Source: a virus
Taxonomy: Duplodnaviria; Caudoviricetes
DNA length: 57,452 bases
Strand: one strand, 5' to 3'
IMG/VR virus record: IMGVR_UViG_3300048623_000040
Span: 1-57,452 of that record
In this document: one piece after another, positions 39,101 to 46,888 of the stretch
Layout: every line of letters starts with the position of its first letter
Position numbering within the stretch: the first letter of the stretch is position 1
Notes under the pieces: generated by a model
What the model saw: only the letters and a program-made list of their open reading frames with translations
Told to the model about the DNA's origin: nothing
Databases searched by the model: none
Position numbers and translations under genes: made by a program

Positions 39101-42029
39101 TCTCGCCAAAGCCACCGATGCGATAGTTGCGGAGCGCACCGCCTGCGCGATAGCCGGGGACCGCACCGCCCTCGGCGAGCCACGGGAACTTGAACTGTGG
39201 CAGCGTGTCCTCGGTGAGGTTGCGCGAATACAGCGGATCGTACCATTCGGTCTCGGGCAGCACCTTGCCAGCCTGCGAGTTCATCACGCGGCGAAACTCG
39301 TTGAGCCCGCCCTCGGGATTGAGCGGCGAGTTGTGATAGCCCAAGCGATTGGCAGCGAGATCGCTCGGCTTCACCGAGACCAGCGCCTTATCGTGGGCCA
39401 TCTTCTCGGCCATCGTCATCATGCGGTGGCGGCCGTTGTGCTCGACCACGGTCGGGTACTTGTTGACGGTCGGCATACCGCCAAGGTCGAGGAAGCCATG
39501 CTCAGCGGTGTTGCCGAAGCCCAGCAGCGGCACCTCGTCCCACAGGCCCTGTCTACCGGCCTCGGCATATTTCTCCAGCACATCGTCGAGCGAGCCGTGC
39601 TCGCGGTCGATGAAGCTGAAGTGCGCGGCGGTCTTGTAGTTGGGGTCCTGCAACGCCCTTTGAGGGATACGCGCCGAGAACTTCTGGAAGTCCTTGGGAT
39701 CGATGATGGTCAGCAGGTTGCCGACATCGGGAGCCTGTTGCTTGCGGATGTCCCAGCCCAGCGCGCGCTGCAGCGCCTCGGCATTGAACAGCGAGAGGTC
39801 CACTCCGAGGTCAGCCGCGTCGGTGAGTCGTAGCGCGCCCTTCTGGCCGTGCGTGCGCCTGACCGTATCCAGCTTGTCCGCCATCGACTGCGCGGCCTGC
39901 GACTGGATGTTGGGCGATGCCAGATGGTTGTTGACCATCCACGCCAGCGCAGGATCGGGAGACGACTGATTTTGCAGGAACGACGCCAGATCGGACGTCG
40001 CGTTGGTCGATGGTCCCCACGTCTGCGGCGTCGGGCTGGCAATGAACCGGTTGGCAGCGATGAACGGGTTGGCGTTGGGGTCGGGTGTCGGGTTCACAAA
40101 CTTGTTGAACGCATTGAAGTTCGACGACAGCGACGGCGTCGCCGCCTTGGCCGCCGCTTCAGCTTCCATCCTCTTCTGGACCGAGGCCAATGCCGACATG
40201 CCGCGCTTGACCAACTGATTCTCGCGTCCACCAAAGTGCTGCACGGTGCCTCCCTCGGCCATCTCACCCTTCTTGGCGGCGATCTTGGCCAGCTCGCTCC
40301 ACACGTCGGCCAGTGGCGCATTGGTGCCTGTCAGCATGGTCGAGGCGTCGAGCTGCACCGGCACGTCGCGCGCGGCGATGTTGTTGAGCAGGGCTCCGGC
40401 ATCCATTTCGCGAAGCTGCCTGCCGAGCATGGGGTGCGGCTCCTTGTCGGTGCGCGGATCGCCCAGCCCGTGCGCCTTCATGAAATCGAGGTAGTTGGAG
40501 AACACCGGATCGTCGGCACGCGCTTGTCGCCAGCGATCTTCCATGTTCGCCTTGGACTGCATCACGGCGCTGCGTAGGGTGTGGGGCATGTCGCCGCCAC
40601 TGTCGACCGAGCCGATGCGCAGCAAGCCGCCACTGGGTTCGCGCGCGATCAGCATGTTGCCGAAGGGTCGACCATACTGGTCATCGATCATCGCCAGCGG
40701 ATCGCCGAAGTTCTGTCCCCACACCCGGTAGTCGTCCATCGACGGCGAGATCGAGTCGTTGGGATGACTGTGCAGGCCGAACCACGGCTGCTCTTTGTTG
40801 GAAGAGACAAAGCGATCCGTCCAAGACGGCATCGGCACATTGGTCTTGGTGCCCTTGACCAGCTCGCTGTTATCGAACGAGTCCGCGCCAATGTGGCCGA
40901 ACATCATGCCTTCGTTGCCGGTCGCCTGCGTATGCGCGCGCACCCTGCGCTCGGCCTGCTCGACGGCGTCGCCCAGACTCGTGGCCAGATTTCTCACCGC
41001 CTCGACCCGGCCTCGGGTCTTGTAGCCGGGCACTTCGCCACCCTCGGCGAACGGCAGGGTGAGGCGCAGCGCGCCGCCCAAGTTGGGCTTGGCCTCGTTG
41101 CCGCCGGGGCCGATGTACTTGTCGTAGTTGAACTGGCCGCCCACGGTCGCGCCACGACTGCCCAGCGGATGCTTGTAGCCCAGCAGGGCCTCGATCACCT
41201 GCTGGGTCGGATCGTACTTGAGCCCCGCCGAACCCCGCCCCCGGCCAAGCCCGAACTCGGCGGTCGGCATCTCGCCATCGCTGCTGCCGCTCGGCGCGGT
41301 GAACGAGCTGTTGGGGATCGAGTAGCGGTCCTCGACGTCGTTGTAACCGCCTCCACCGAAGGCAGGCTGATTGAACTCTCGGGCTGCGCGCTCGCCTCCG
41401 GCGAAGCCGGTAGGCTCGGGCACGAACTCGGTGCCGGTGCCTTGCGGGAAGTAGGTGCGGATGAGTCGTTCGACGACCTCGTCGGGCTCGCCAACGAGGT
41501 CTCCGCCGCGCGCAGGCCGGATGTTCACCAACGCCCTGCCCTCGTTCATGCGGGCCAGCATGCGCATCCGGTGACGTGCCTCGTGGCCATCGACCGAAGC
41601 CTTGTCGCCAGCGATGTTGGGGTTGCCTTCCCTGAGCCAGAGCTGGCCGGGCTCACGCAGTCCGTACTTGCCGGTCATCTTGGTGAGGCCGGCGAGGTAG
41701 TCGTCGAGAGAGTGGTCGGGCCGGGGATTGTTGGGATCGCCGCCGTGCCAGCGATTATACGGGATCGCGTCAGGCTGCATGATCGGCCGCGCGAACGACT
41801 CGAACTCGCTCGGATGCATCGCCATCAGCAGACCGCTGTTCTGCATCTTCGAGCCGCTATAGAGCTTGCTCGACCCCATCACATCGCTGAGCGACTTGGG
41901 GTCCCACAGGTCTAGGTTGACGCCCTCGTCACCTGCGCGCTGCAGCCGTCGTGCCTGTGCTTGGCCGTACTTGCGCTCGACCTCCCGCAGGACGTCGAAC
42001 ACCGGACTGGCGCGCGTAAGTCTGCCCAT
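36102..42029 (-). CDS. 1975-aa multi-module (polyvalent) protein: two ParB-like modules, a JAB/MPN domain, a helical HhH-like domain and a Gly-rich tail
   Basis: GHEARHR and HNGRHR modules; E...HSHP....PS..D JAB motif; modules separated by [FYML]AxGG; lies between terL and portal. Confidence 0.75.
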   Translation of the reverse strand: MGRLTRASPVFDVLREVERKYGQAQARRLQRAGDEGVNLDLWDPKSLSDVMGSSKLYSGSKMQNSGLLMAMHPSEFESFARPIMQPDAIPYNRWHGGDPNNPRPDHSLDDYLAGLTKMTGKYGLREPGQLWLREGNPNIAGDKASVDGHEARHRMRMLARMNEGRALVNIRPARGGDLVGEPDEVVERLIRTYFPQGTGTEFVPEPTGFAGGERAAREFNQPAFGGGGYNDVEDRYSIPNSSFTAPSGSSDGEMPTAEFGLGRGRGSAGLKYDPTQQVIEALLGYKHPLGSRGATVGGQFNYDKYIGPGGNEAKPNLGGALRLTLPFAEGGEVPGYKTRGRVEAVRNLATSLGDAVEQAERRVRAHTQATGNEGMMFGHIGADSFDNSELVKGTKTNVPMPSWTDRFVSSNKEQPWFGLHSHPNDSISPSMDDYRVWGQNFGDPLAMIDDQYGRPFGNMLIAREPSGGLLRIGSVDSGGDMPHTLRSAVMQSKANMEDRWRQARADDPVFSNYLDFMKAHGLGDPRTDKEPHPMLGRQLREMDAGALLNNIAARDVPVQLDASTMLTGTNAPLADVWSELAKIAAKKGEMAEGGTVQHFGGRENQLVKRGMSALASVQKRMEAEAAAKAATPSLSSNFNAFNKFVNPTPDPNANPFIAANRFIASPTPQTWGPSTNATSDLASFLQNQSSPDPALAWMVNNHLASPNIQSQAAQSMADKLDTVRRTHGQKGALRLTDAADLGVDLSLFNAEALQRALGWDIRKQQAPDVGNLLTIIDPKDFQKFSARIPQRALQDPNYKTAAHFSFIDREHGSLDDVLEKYAEAGRQGLWDEVPLLGFGNTAEHGFLDLGGMPTVNKYPTVVEHNGRHRMMTMAEKMAHDKALVSVKPSDLAANRLGYHNSPLNPEGGLNEFRRVMNSQAGKVLPETEWYDPLYSRNLTEDTLPQFKFPWLAEGGAVPGYRAGGALRNYRIGGFGEIDYPTDDSEDAGALTQAGWKTDAANKMLELEKRLNAAREAKSPRIVLPPKPRLQTVKDPYRTEFPGAYKDPDDIVSDVNRVFIPEGENMQRLFHVNRGDLDDISQGRDYSHLEGVPHAFDAPPGGKGSKVSEQVLTNRNMQRYLDIYNEVLKNPDLLRTRSWYEMQPLWDRMKELGVPLDQMQLFNARLGLHSAGANPISEINRGTLANKLITEGRLDDYLMFGGRGMTDTPLRSGEIRTSRFNTPGFPEDMLDMKSHAFHPLHGLMLENLEREGKLATDTHKIPTYIQATDPVLADPRRPIADSHIARGAGYSDVRTGGPASRYAELTNPEFADFAPWWAKASGKAGEQPRDFQALMWNVLGPQTGVDYVGTPKLEMLADQIMKTARRLGVSPETARDLVLTGKAGAYQEGGQVNNFDDGGRMTMTPEQRKILREMRLRQSNERLDVQADKSRMVAGILGDMASEGVGNEWDRFSHNAKGNPLMYGIDAFNRATAGMSGGEALEDTVNMLNPNPNLTAEYGPVAAPADLAAITMGTALTPSRLLGSGIRTAIKSMEKRIPGALAKLAITGGAPTAAKVGMDNLGYDYAGGGGVQSGSQSTGSTSDLLNNNALLEWVRRMIPNAVDIYGNTPSEGAMQPRPKPVELLQSMNRSAPSGGESGGVSAAGIGSMLGGLGKIAGAFGGAGGATAAGSGMGFAHGGYVEPEDRHQRLGAPTIDDEMMAYGVMNYADGGYVPGFSMGGGNLFDPNKWDRETGGGGLGGDLFNLLNSDPRFAAALSSANGTDSSGMGTSAAAPAPAPAETGGGGFGGIINTLAGGDGGVGGLLPMLLKGLGVGGGGGKSGGMDIASLLSPAMAIGKGTGLFAEGGYVPGFADGGMMSGLLGDPSQTQAMYAEWLKTHPPMDPNTPGFGQATPDDFGNGQQYGIPPTGQQGLGAMPQAASMPAAPMASTPSGPGQGVLANMAAASGLQQSTAMGGGRGALSGGDQPMRGSINIQGSF

Positions 42030-42092
42030 GCGTTCCCCGCAGCCGGGCAGAGGCAGTCTATGCCCGGACGGGGGCCAACATACCCGATGTTG

Positions 42093-42470
42093 TTATATCG
42101 GGCTATCCCCCGACTCGGTCGAGTCGTCAAGATAGTAGACCCCGCCCTGCCTGATCTTGCTGAGCAGGCTCATGGCGTATCCGAGGTCAGGTCGGTAGCC
42201 CGCCTGCACCTGCTCAACCATGAGCGTCAGGACACTCATCAGCTCGGGTGCGGCGGCCATGGCGGTGACCGCCTGCTCGATGTCGTGGCGGAACTCCTTG
42301 TCGTTCTTCTCGGGCGGGCCGTAGACCTTGGCAATCGGGTAACGATGGCCGCCGTAGATGCGGTAGCCGTTGCGATGGGCCGCCGCCACCCAGCCGCACA
42401 GGAACGGCGGCAGCTTCTCGGTCGGGGTCTCCATGAAGGGCTTGTTGGGGTTCTCGGTGTGCTTGGTCAT
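42093..42470 (-). CDS. Hypothetical protein (MAAAPEL motif)
   Basis: GAGG SD; own promoter-like element upstream. Confidence 0.65.
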   Translation of the reverse strand: MTKHTENPNKPFMETPTEKLPPFLCGWVAAAHRNGYRIYGGHRYPIAKVYGPPEKNDKEFRHDIEQAVTAMAAAPELMSVLTLMVEQVQAGYRPDLGYAMSLLSKIRQGGVYYLDDSTESGDSPI

Positions 42471-42486
42471 GCCTCACCATGACACA

Positions 42487-42509
42487 ATCGACAGGATACG
42501 TCAAGAATC
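42487..42509 (-). promoter_or_regulatory. Sigma70-like -35 box (TTGACG) with TCCTGTCGAT operator-like box and an adjacent GANTC
   Basis: Minus strand reads GATTC-TTGACG-TA-TCCTGTCGAT; same box as in the early promoters. Confidence 0.55.
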
Positions 42510-42698
42510 GAGCCAGACGCTACGGTGCGGGTTCTTCTCGCGCAGCCACGTCATGAACTGGTCCAAGCTGAGCCCCAAGTCGTGCAGGTGCTGGTCCTTG
42601 ACGTAGAACGACCCGCGATAGCCCGACAGCGTGATCTTCCAGCCGTCGATCTCGGGGTCGCGCTCGACGGTCTGCCACGCATCAGTCCGGTTTGCCAT
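42501..42698 (-). CDS. Small hypothetical protein
   Basis: Overlaps the upstream ORF; phage-like codon use. Confidence 0.55.
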   Translation of the reverse strand: MANRTDAWQTVERDPEIDGWKITLSGYRGSFYVKDQHLHDLGLSLDQFMTWLREKNPHRSVWLDS

Positions 42699-42918
42699 CA
42701 GCCCGGTGTCCTTCGACGACTCGTCGCATCAGCACGTCCTTCATGACCTCCAGTATACCCCGGCTGCGCTCGATCTCGACAATCGCCTCGAACAGCCTGC
42801 GGCAGGCGTCATCATGCGGATTGCCGGCCGCCCAGTCGTCGCTCTGGAACGCCTTGTCGCGCAGCATGGCGCGACGGTCACGCTCGGCCTTGAGCCAGTC
42901 CAGCACATCGGTCGTCAT
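42682..42918 (-). CDS. Small hypothetical protein (EAIVEIER motif)
   Basis: Phage-like codon use. Confidence 0.55.
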   Translation of the reverse strand: MTTDVLDWLKAERDRRAMLRDKAFQSDDWAAGNPHDDACRRLFEAIVEIERSRGILEVMKDVLMRRVVEGHRADGKPD

Positions 42919-42999
42919 CTGTTTTCGCCCCCGTGATCCACAGCGTTATACACCTGTGCTAGATTGCCGCCGACTGCACCAACGACTCGCTGGTGCGCC

Positions 43000-43182
43000 A
43001 TGCCCGATAGCCCCAAGCCCCGCAGTCCTGCCGAGGAGCTGCTGGCCCGCGTCGAGTTCCCTGTTGTAGATCGAGTGACGTGGCTGCTCACCGCGCCCAT
43101 CCCGCTGCCATGGATGGTGGCGATCTTGACAGTGTGGGCGACCATCGTCGGCTTCTTCATCGTCACCATCGCCACGTCCTAG
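43000..43182 (+). CDS. Small single-TM membrane protein, holin candidate
   Basis: C-terminal hydrophobic helix; stop overlaps the SD of the M15 peptidase. Confidence 0.45.
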   Translation: MPDSPKPRSPAEELLARVEFPVVDRVTWLLTAPIPLPWMVAILTVWATIVGFFIVTIATS

Positions 43183-43190
43183 GAGCGCGC

Positions 43191-43631
43191 ATGATCATCA
43201 GCCACTTCAGTCAGGCCGAGTTCCTGTTCAGCGACACCGCGAACAAGATCGACGACAACAACTTCCCGACGTGGGAGATCACCCACAACCTCGAACGACT
43301 CGCCATCACCATGGAGCTGATCAGGTCCGGTCTGGGGGCCAAGCCGGTCACCATCCTGTCGGGTTACCGCTCGCCCGTGGTCAACGCCGAGGTCGGCGGC
43401 GCGACCAACTCGGCTCACCTGTACGGCCTTGCCTGCGACTTCGTGGTGCCCGACTTTGGTTCGCCGCTCGATGTCTGCAACGCCATCGCGCCTCACCTCA
43501 AGTTCCTCCAGATCGACCAGCTCATATGGGAGTTCTCGGACTGGGTGCATCTCGGCTTGGCCATCGACGGCGAGCCGCGCTACCAGTGCCTGACCATCGA
43601 CGAGATGGGCACGCGCAACGGCTTCTGCTGA
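43191..43631 (+). CDS. Peptidase M15 family endolysin (Zn D-Ala-D-Ala peptidase fold)
   Basis: HFSQAEF...SGYRSP.VN..VGGA.NSAH.YG.ACDF...QLIWE...WVHLG; AGGAG SD. Confidence 0.85.
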   Translation: MIISHFSQAEFLFSDTANKIDDNNFPTWEITHNLERLAITMELIRSGLGAKPVTILSGYRSPVVNAEVGGATNSAHLYGLACDFVVPDFGSPLDVCNAIAPHLKFLQIDQLIWEFSDWVHLGLAIDGEPRYQCLTIDEMGTRNGFC

Positions 43632-43637
43632 CAAAGA

Positions 43638-43671
43638 TACGCCGTCGACCGGGGTGATGGTCGACGGCGTA
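43638..43671. terminator. 13-bp stem-loop between convergent genes
   Basis: TACGCCGTCGACC-GGGGTGAT-GGTCGACGGCGTA. Confidence 0.65.
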
Positions 43672-43726
43672 ATGCTGAGTTGACCAGCGCGCGCGTCGCC
43701 ACGCTGCTGGTCCCCCCTCAACCTCG

Positions 43727-44800
43727 TCAGTCTACATTGGCGCTGGCGTTGCCGCTACGCACCGGCTGGTCGCCCACCCTCGGCAGCTTGGGCAGGGCGC
43801 TGTCGGAATCGATACCGGTGAACTTGGGCTTGCTGTGCGCGAGATGCGCCTCGATGGCGCGCGCCGTCATGACGACGCGAACGTGCTCGTGGAGCCGACC
43901 GTCGCCATCCCTGAGCCTTGACGTGAGTTCCTTGACCAGCTTGGCCCCCGGCGCATACGCCCGCTTGGTGATCGCCGCCTGCATCGACTGTCCAAACTCG
44001 ACCAAGTCCTTGGTCCGCTGCACCGTGCTGACGCCGCGCTCGCCGGACGCCGTGTAGATGTAGACCAGCGCTGCCAAGGTCGACTTGTCGGTCACCCGCC
44101 CGGTCTGCTTGGCGACCTTCTTGGCGAAGTCGCAGGCCCACGCGAACAGCAGATCGCCCTCGAAACGCTCCTGCCACATACGCATCGTGCCGGCATTGTC
44201 GGGCTTCCAGTTGCGGTCAGTGACCGAGGCAGGCATGTCGTTGAGCGGCGGGCCGCACTTGCCCTCGGTCAACAAATAAACCCACCTCATCGCCTTCGAC
44301 TTGATCGACGAATCCTCGACGCCGAGGATGTCGAGGATGTCCTTCTTGGTGCGGTTACGTCCGTTGTCGAGCTGGACAAAAGCCTCGTCGAACACGCCGA
44401 ACACCGCCAAGGTGCGGATCGCCTTGCCCGACTGGACGATGGCCGACATGCGGTTGCCGCCATCGAGCAGGCGGCCAGTGCGCGAGAAGATGATGGGCTG
44501 GCCAGTCAGTGCCCAGTTGCCCGAACTCATGTCGCGACCGTACTGCTTGACCTTGCGCGGCGAGCGCTTGCGGTTGCGGGGATCGCCCTCGGGCAGGTGC
44601 TCCAGAATCCACTGGGCGAGCTTGGGCGTGATCGTGACAGACCGAGCGTAGGGCTCGATCCGGCCCTGCCAGCCGTTGGCGTCGATCATCTTGGTGAGCA
44701 TCTCGATCTGTTCGTCGAGGCTCTGGCCTGTCGGGTTGAGGTAGAGCGGTGCAGGACGCTGCGCATTGGCATGCATCGGCACGGCGTTGCCATTGGTCAT
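43727..44800 (-). CDS. ParB/Sulfiredoxin-fold (DGQHR-like) protein
   Basis: ITPKLAQWIL...RNR...VKQYGRDM..GNW..TGQPIIF...GRLLDGGNRM.AIV.SG. Confidence 0.75.
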   Translation of the reverse strand: MTNGNAVPMHANAQRPAPLYLNPTGQSLDEQIEMLTKMIDANGWQGRIEPYARSVTITPKLAQWILEHLPEGDPRNRKRSPRKVKQYGRDMSSGNWALTGQPIIFSRTGRLLDGGNRMSAIVQSGKAIRTLAVFGVFDEAFVQLDNGRNRTKKDILDILGVEDSSIKSKAMRWVYLLTEGKCGPPLNDMPASVTDRNWKPDNAGTMRMWQERFEGDLLFAWACDFAKKVAKQTGRVTDKSTLAALVYIYTASGERGVSTVQRTKDLVEFGQSMQAAITKRAYAPGAKLVKELTSRLRDGDGRLHEHVRVVMTARAIEAHLAHSKPKFTGIDSDSALPKLPRVGDQPVRSGNASANVD

Positions 44801-44837
44801 GGTCGTCGGTCTCCAGTGCCCCTGCTCAAGGCACCGA

Positions 44838-44891
44838 GGGGCGTGGTGCGCCCCGATCTAAGACCTGAGTCCTGTCGATTGTCAACGACTC
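44838..44891 (-). promoter_or_regulatory. Promoter of the ParB-like gene: TTGACA, ATCGACAGGA box, two GANTC sites and a leader hairpin
   Basis: Minus strand reads GAGTCG-TTGACA-ATCGACAGGA-CTC...TTAGAT-C-GGGGCG-CACCA-CGCCCC. Confidence 0.6.
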
Positions 44892-46407
44892 ATTCGTAGG
44901 GGTTCCTGATCTCGCCGTCCTCGCGCCGCAGGTCGTTGTACATGGCCTCATCAGCGCCGAGGTCGACGTCCCACTGCAGCTCGTCGTCCTTGATCTTGGT
45001 GGTCACGCCCGCCGTCAGCCAGCGGTCGGCGAAGTATCTTACAGCCTGACTGAAACTATCCACGAAGTCGTCGTTGCGAGTCGTTCCGGGGCCAGCATAC
45101 TGCGTGACCTCCTTCAAGAACGGCTCGCACCATGTGCGTGGTTCACCACGCACCGCCTTGCTCTCGGGCAACCAGATGCGGCCTGCAGCGGGGACATGCG
45201 AGATGGCGTGCAGACGACTCAGCTTGTCGGCGTTGCCCGGATTGTATGGCCAGCTATCGACGCCCTCGTACTGCAGCGTCTGTCTGAGGCTGATGCCCGA
45301 GCCCTTCTCCTCGATGATCATGAGGTCGGGCACCTTGGTCTGCTCGTGGTACTGCGGATCGCCGACGATGGGCTTGAACACGAGATCGCGCCTGCGCCCG
45401 TACCTCGCCTTCATCTCCTGCTTGGCGCGCACGATCAGCTCGGGGAAGCCGATCTGCTCGTGCCAGCATTCGAGCAGCATCATGTTCCAGCGTCGGCCCT
45501 CGGGGAACACGCCCCACACCGTGCAGGCCGTGTAGTCGGGCTCGTAGCTCTTCTTGTCGAAGGTCTTCTCGGTTAACGCCGTGTCGAGCGAGACGAACAC
45601 GAAGTCGAACCAAGGCAGCGGCCGGTCGTGGCCCCACAGGGGTAACCAACTACGCTTGATGATCGCCGCCTCGCCCACCTCCAGCAATTCGCCGAGCACT
45701 TCCTGCCGGTAGATTTGCGTGCCCTCGTACTGCTGAAGCTCGTCGAAGAACGCCTCGGCAAGGTTGGACCTGTTCTCCATGGTGGTGCCGCGAACGACTC
45801 GTGTCGACTTGCGTTCGATCATCGCCTTGAGCCACTCCAGCGGACGTGGCGTCGTGGTGTAGAGTCGTTGCGGCTGGACCTTGGTGCCGTCGCTCTTGGT
45901 GTAGAACAGGCGTGTGCTGAGATCGATGTTGGAGACCACGCTCTCGGCGTTGGTGCCCCACGCCGCCGCCTCGTCACCCCAGCAGAAGTGAGCCTGTGGG
46001 CCGCGCAAGCGATCCGGCGTCTCGGCGCTGAAGCCCTTGATGATGCTGCCGTTGACGAGTCGTATCTCGAAGATCGAGTTGTTGATGCCCTCGATCATCT
46101 CGTGCGGGATGGTGTTGACCAGTCCGCTAGGGCCGCCAAACACCACCCCTCGCAGATCGCCGTAGGTGGGTGCGATAACGTGAATGACGCAGCCGGGATA
46201 TAGGCCGGCTTGCCGTCTGAGCCAGTTAGAACCCACGAGGGTCTTACCGAAGCCTCATAATCGTCCCGCCTGCACAACACATAGCGACCACCCACCAACC
46301 GGGATGATCTGCTTGTATCGTGCGCGGCGGGACCACCGGTTCTCTGCGTCGATGAATGCGATCTCATGATCGCTTGCTGACCTGAGTTCCTCGGCGTTGA
46401 TGCTCAT
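44890..46407 (-). CDS. terL: Terminase large subunit with an in-frame Leu-TGA insert in Walker A (46255-46260)
   Basis: ATG at 46407 overlaps the HNH stop; AGR-L*-GFGKT; RLRGPQ...WGDEAAAW Walker B; TTTP; SLDTA...DYTACTVWG nuclease; NDDFVDS. Confidence 0.9.
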
Positions 46408-46823
46408 ACCAACGACTCGCGACGGCGCTGCTGAGTTCGCTCAATCGCACAGCGCCTACACATCCGTCGCTTACCGGGGTAGCTATACGTGTTCTCGGGC
46501 GTGAACTCGTGACCGTGAACGCAATGTGTTTGGGCGGCTTTCATCGCTGCTTGTGTATGCCCTCGCATAAGATTGACGCGGCACGTCACAGCCTCAAGGT
46601 GCTCGGCGTCGATGCAGGCTCGATTACGACATAGATGATCGAGCTGCAAGCCAGCAGGCACCAAGCCGCGCGCCAACTCATAGGCGCAGATGTGGGCCTG
46701 CCGGTCACTGCCACGGTCCTTGATCCTGCCGTAGCCATCCTTGTCCTTGCGACCAAGCCATATCCGACAGCCATTGATGCGGATGCTGCCATCGTAGAGT
46801 CGTCGCGCGAGCGTGCTCATCAT
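46404..46823 (-). CDS. HNH endonuclease with C-terminal Zn finger
   Basis: CRIWLG...GYG...AH..AYE...LDHLCRNRACIDAEHLEAVT..VN; THCVHGH...CRRC. Confidence 0.9.
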   Translation of the reverse strand: MMSTLARRLYDGSIRINGCRIWLGRKDKDGYGRIKDRGSDRQAHICAYELARGLVPAGLQLDHLCRNRACIDAEHLEAVTCRVNLMRGHTQAAMKAAQTHCVHGHEFTPENTYSYPGKRRMCRRCAIERTQQRRRESLV

Positions 46824-46888
46824 GCCACAGCATCATGAAGCGCGCCGGAGCCCCGTACAAGGGCTCCAGCCTGTCCTCAGGTTGCGCC

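Noticed and set aside
42915-43175. Minus-strand 86-aa ORF
   Set aside because: Overlaps the plus-strand TM ORF that is coupled to the M15 peptidase; probably a shadow, though not excluded
46255-46260. Genome-wide TGA recoding as the explanation of the terL stop
   Set aside because: Many genes end in TGA with ATGA/TGATG coupling, no other in-frame stops were seen, and read-through would still leave two extra residues in the P-loop
46236-46823. Conventional group I intron in terL encoding the HNH
   Set aside because: The HNH lies upstream of the terL start, and only 6 nt separate the two halves of Walker A, leaving no room for a ribozyme core
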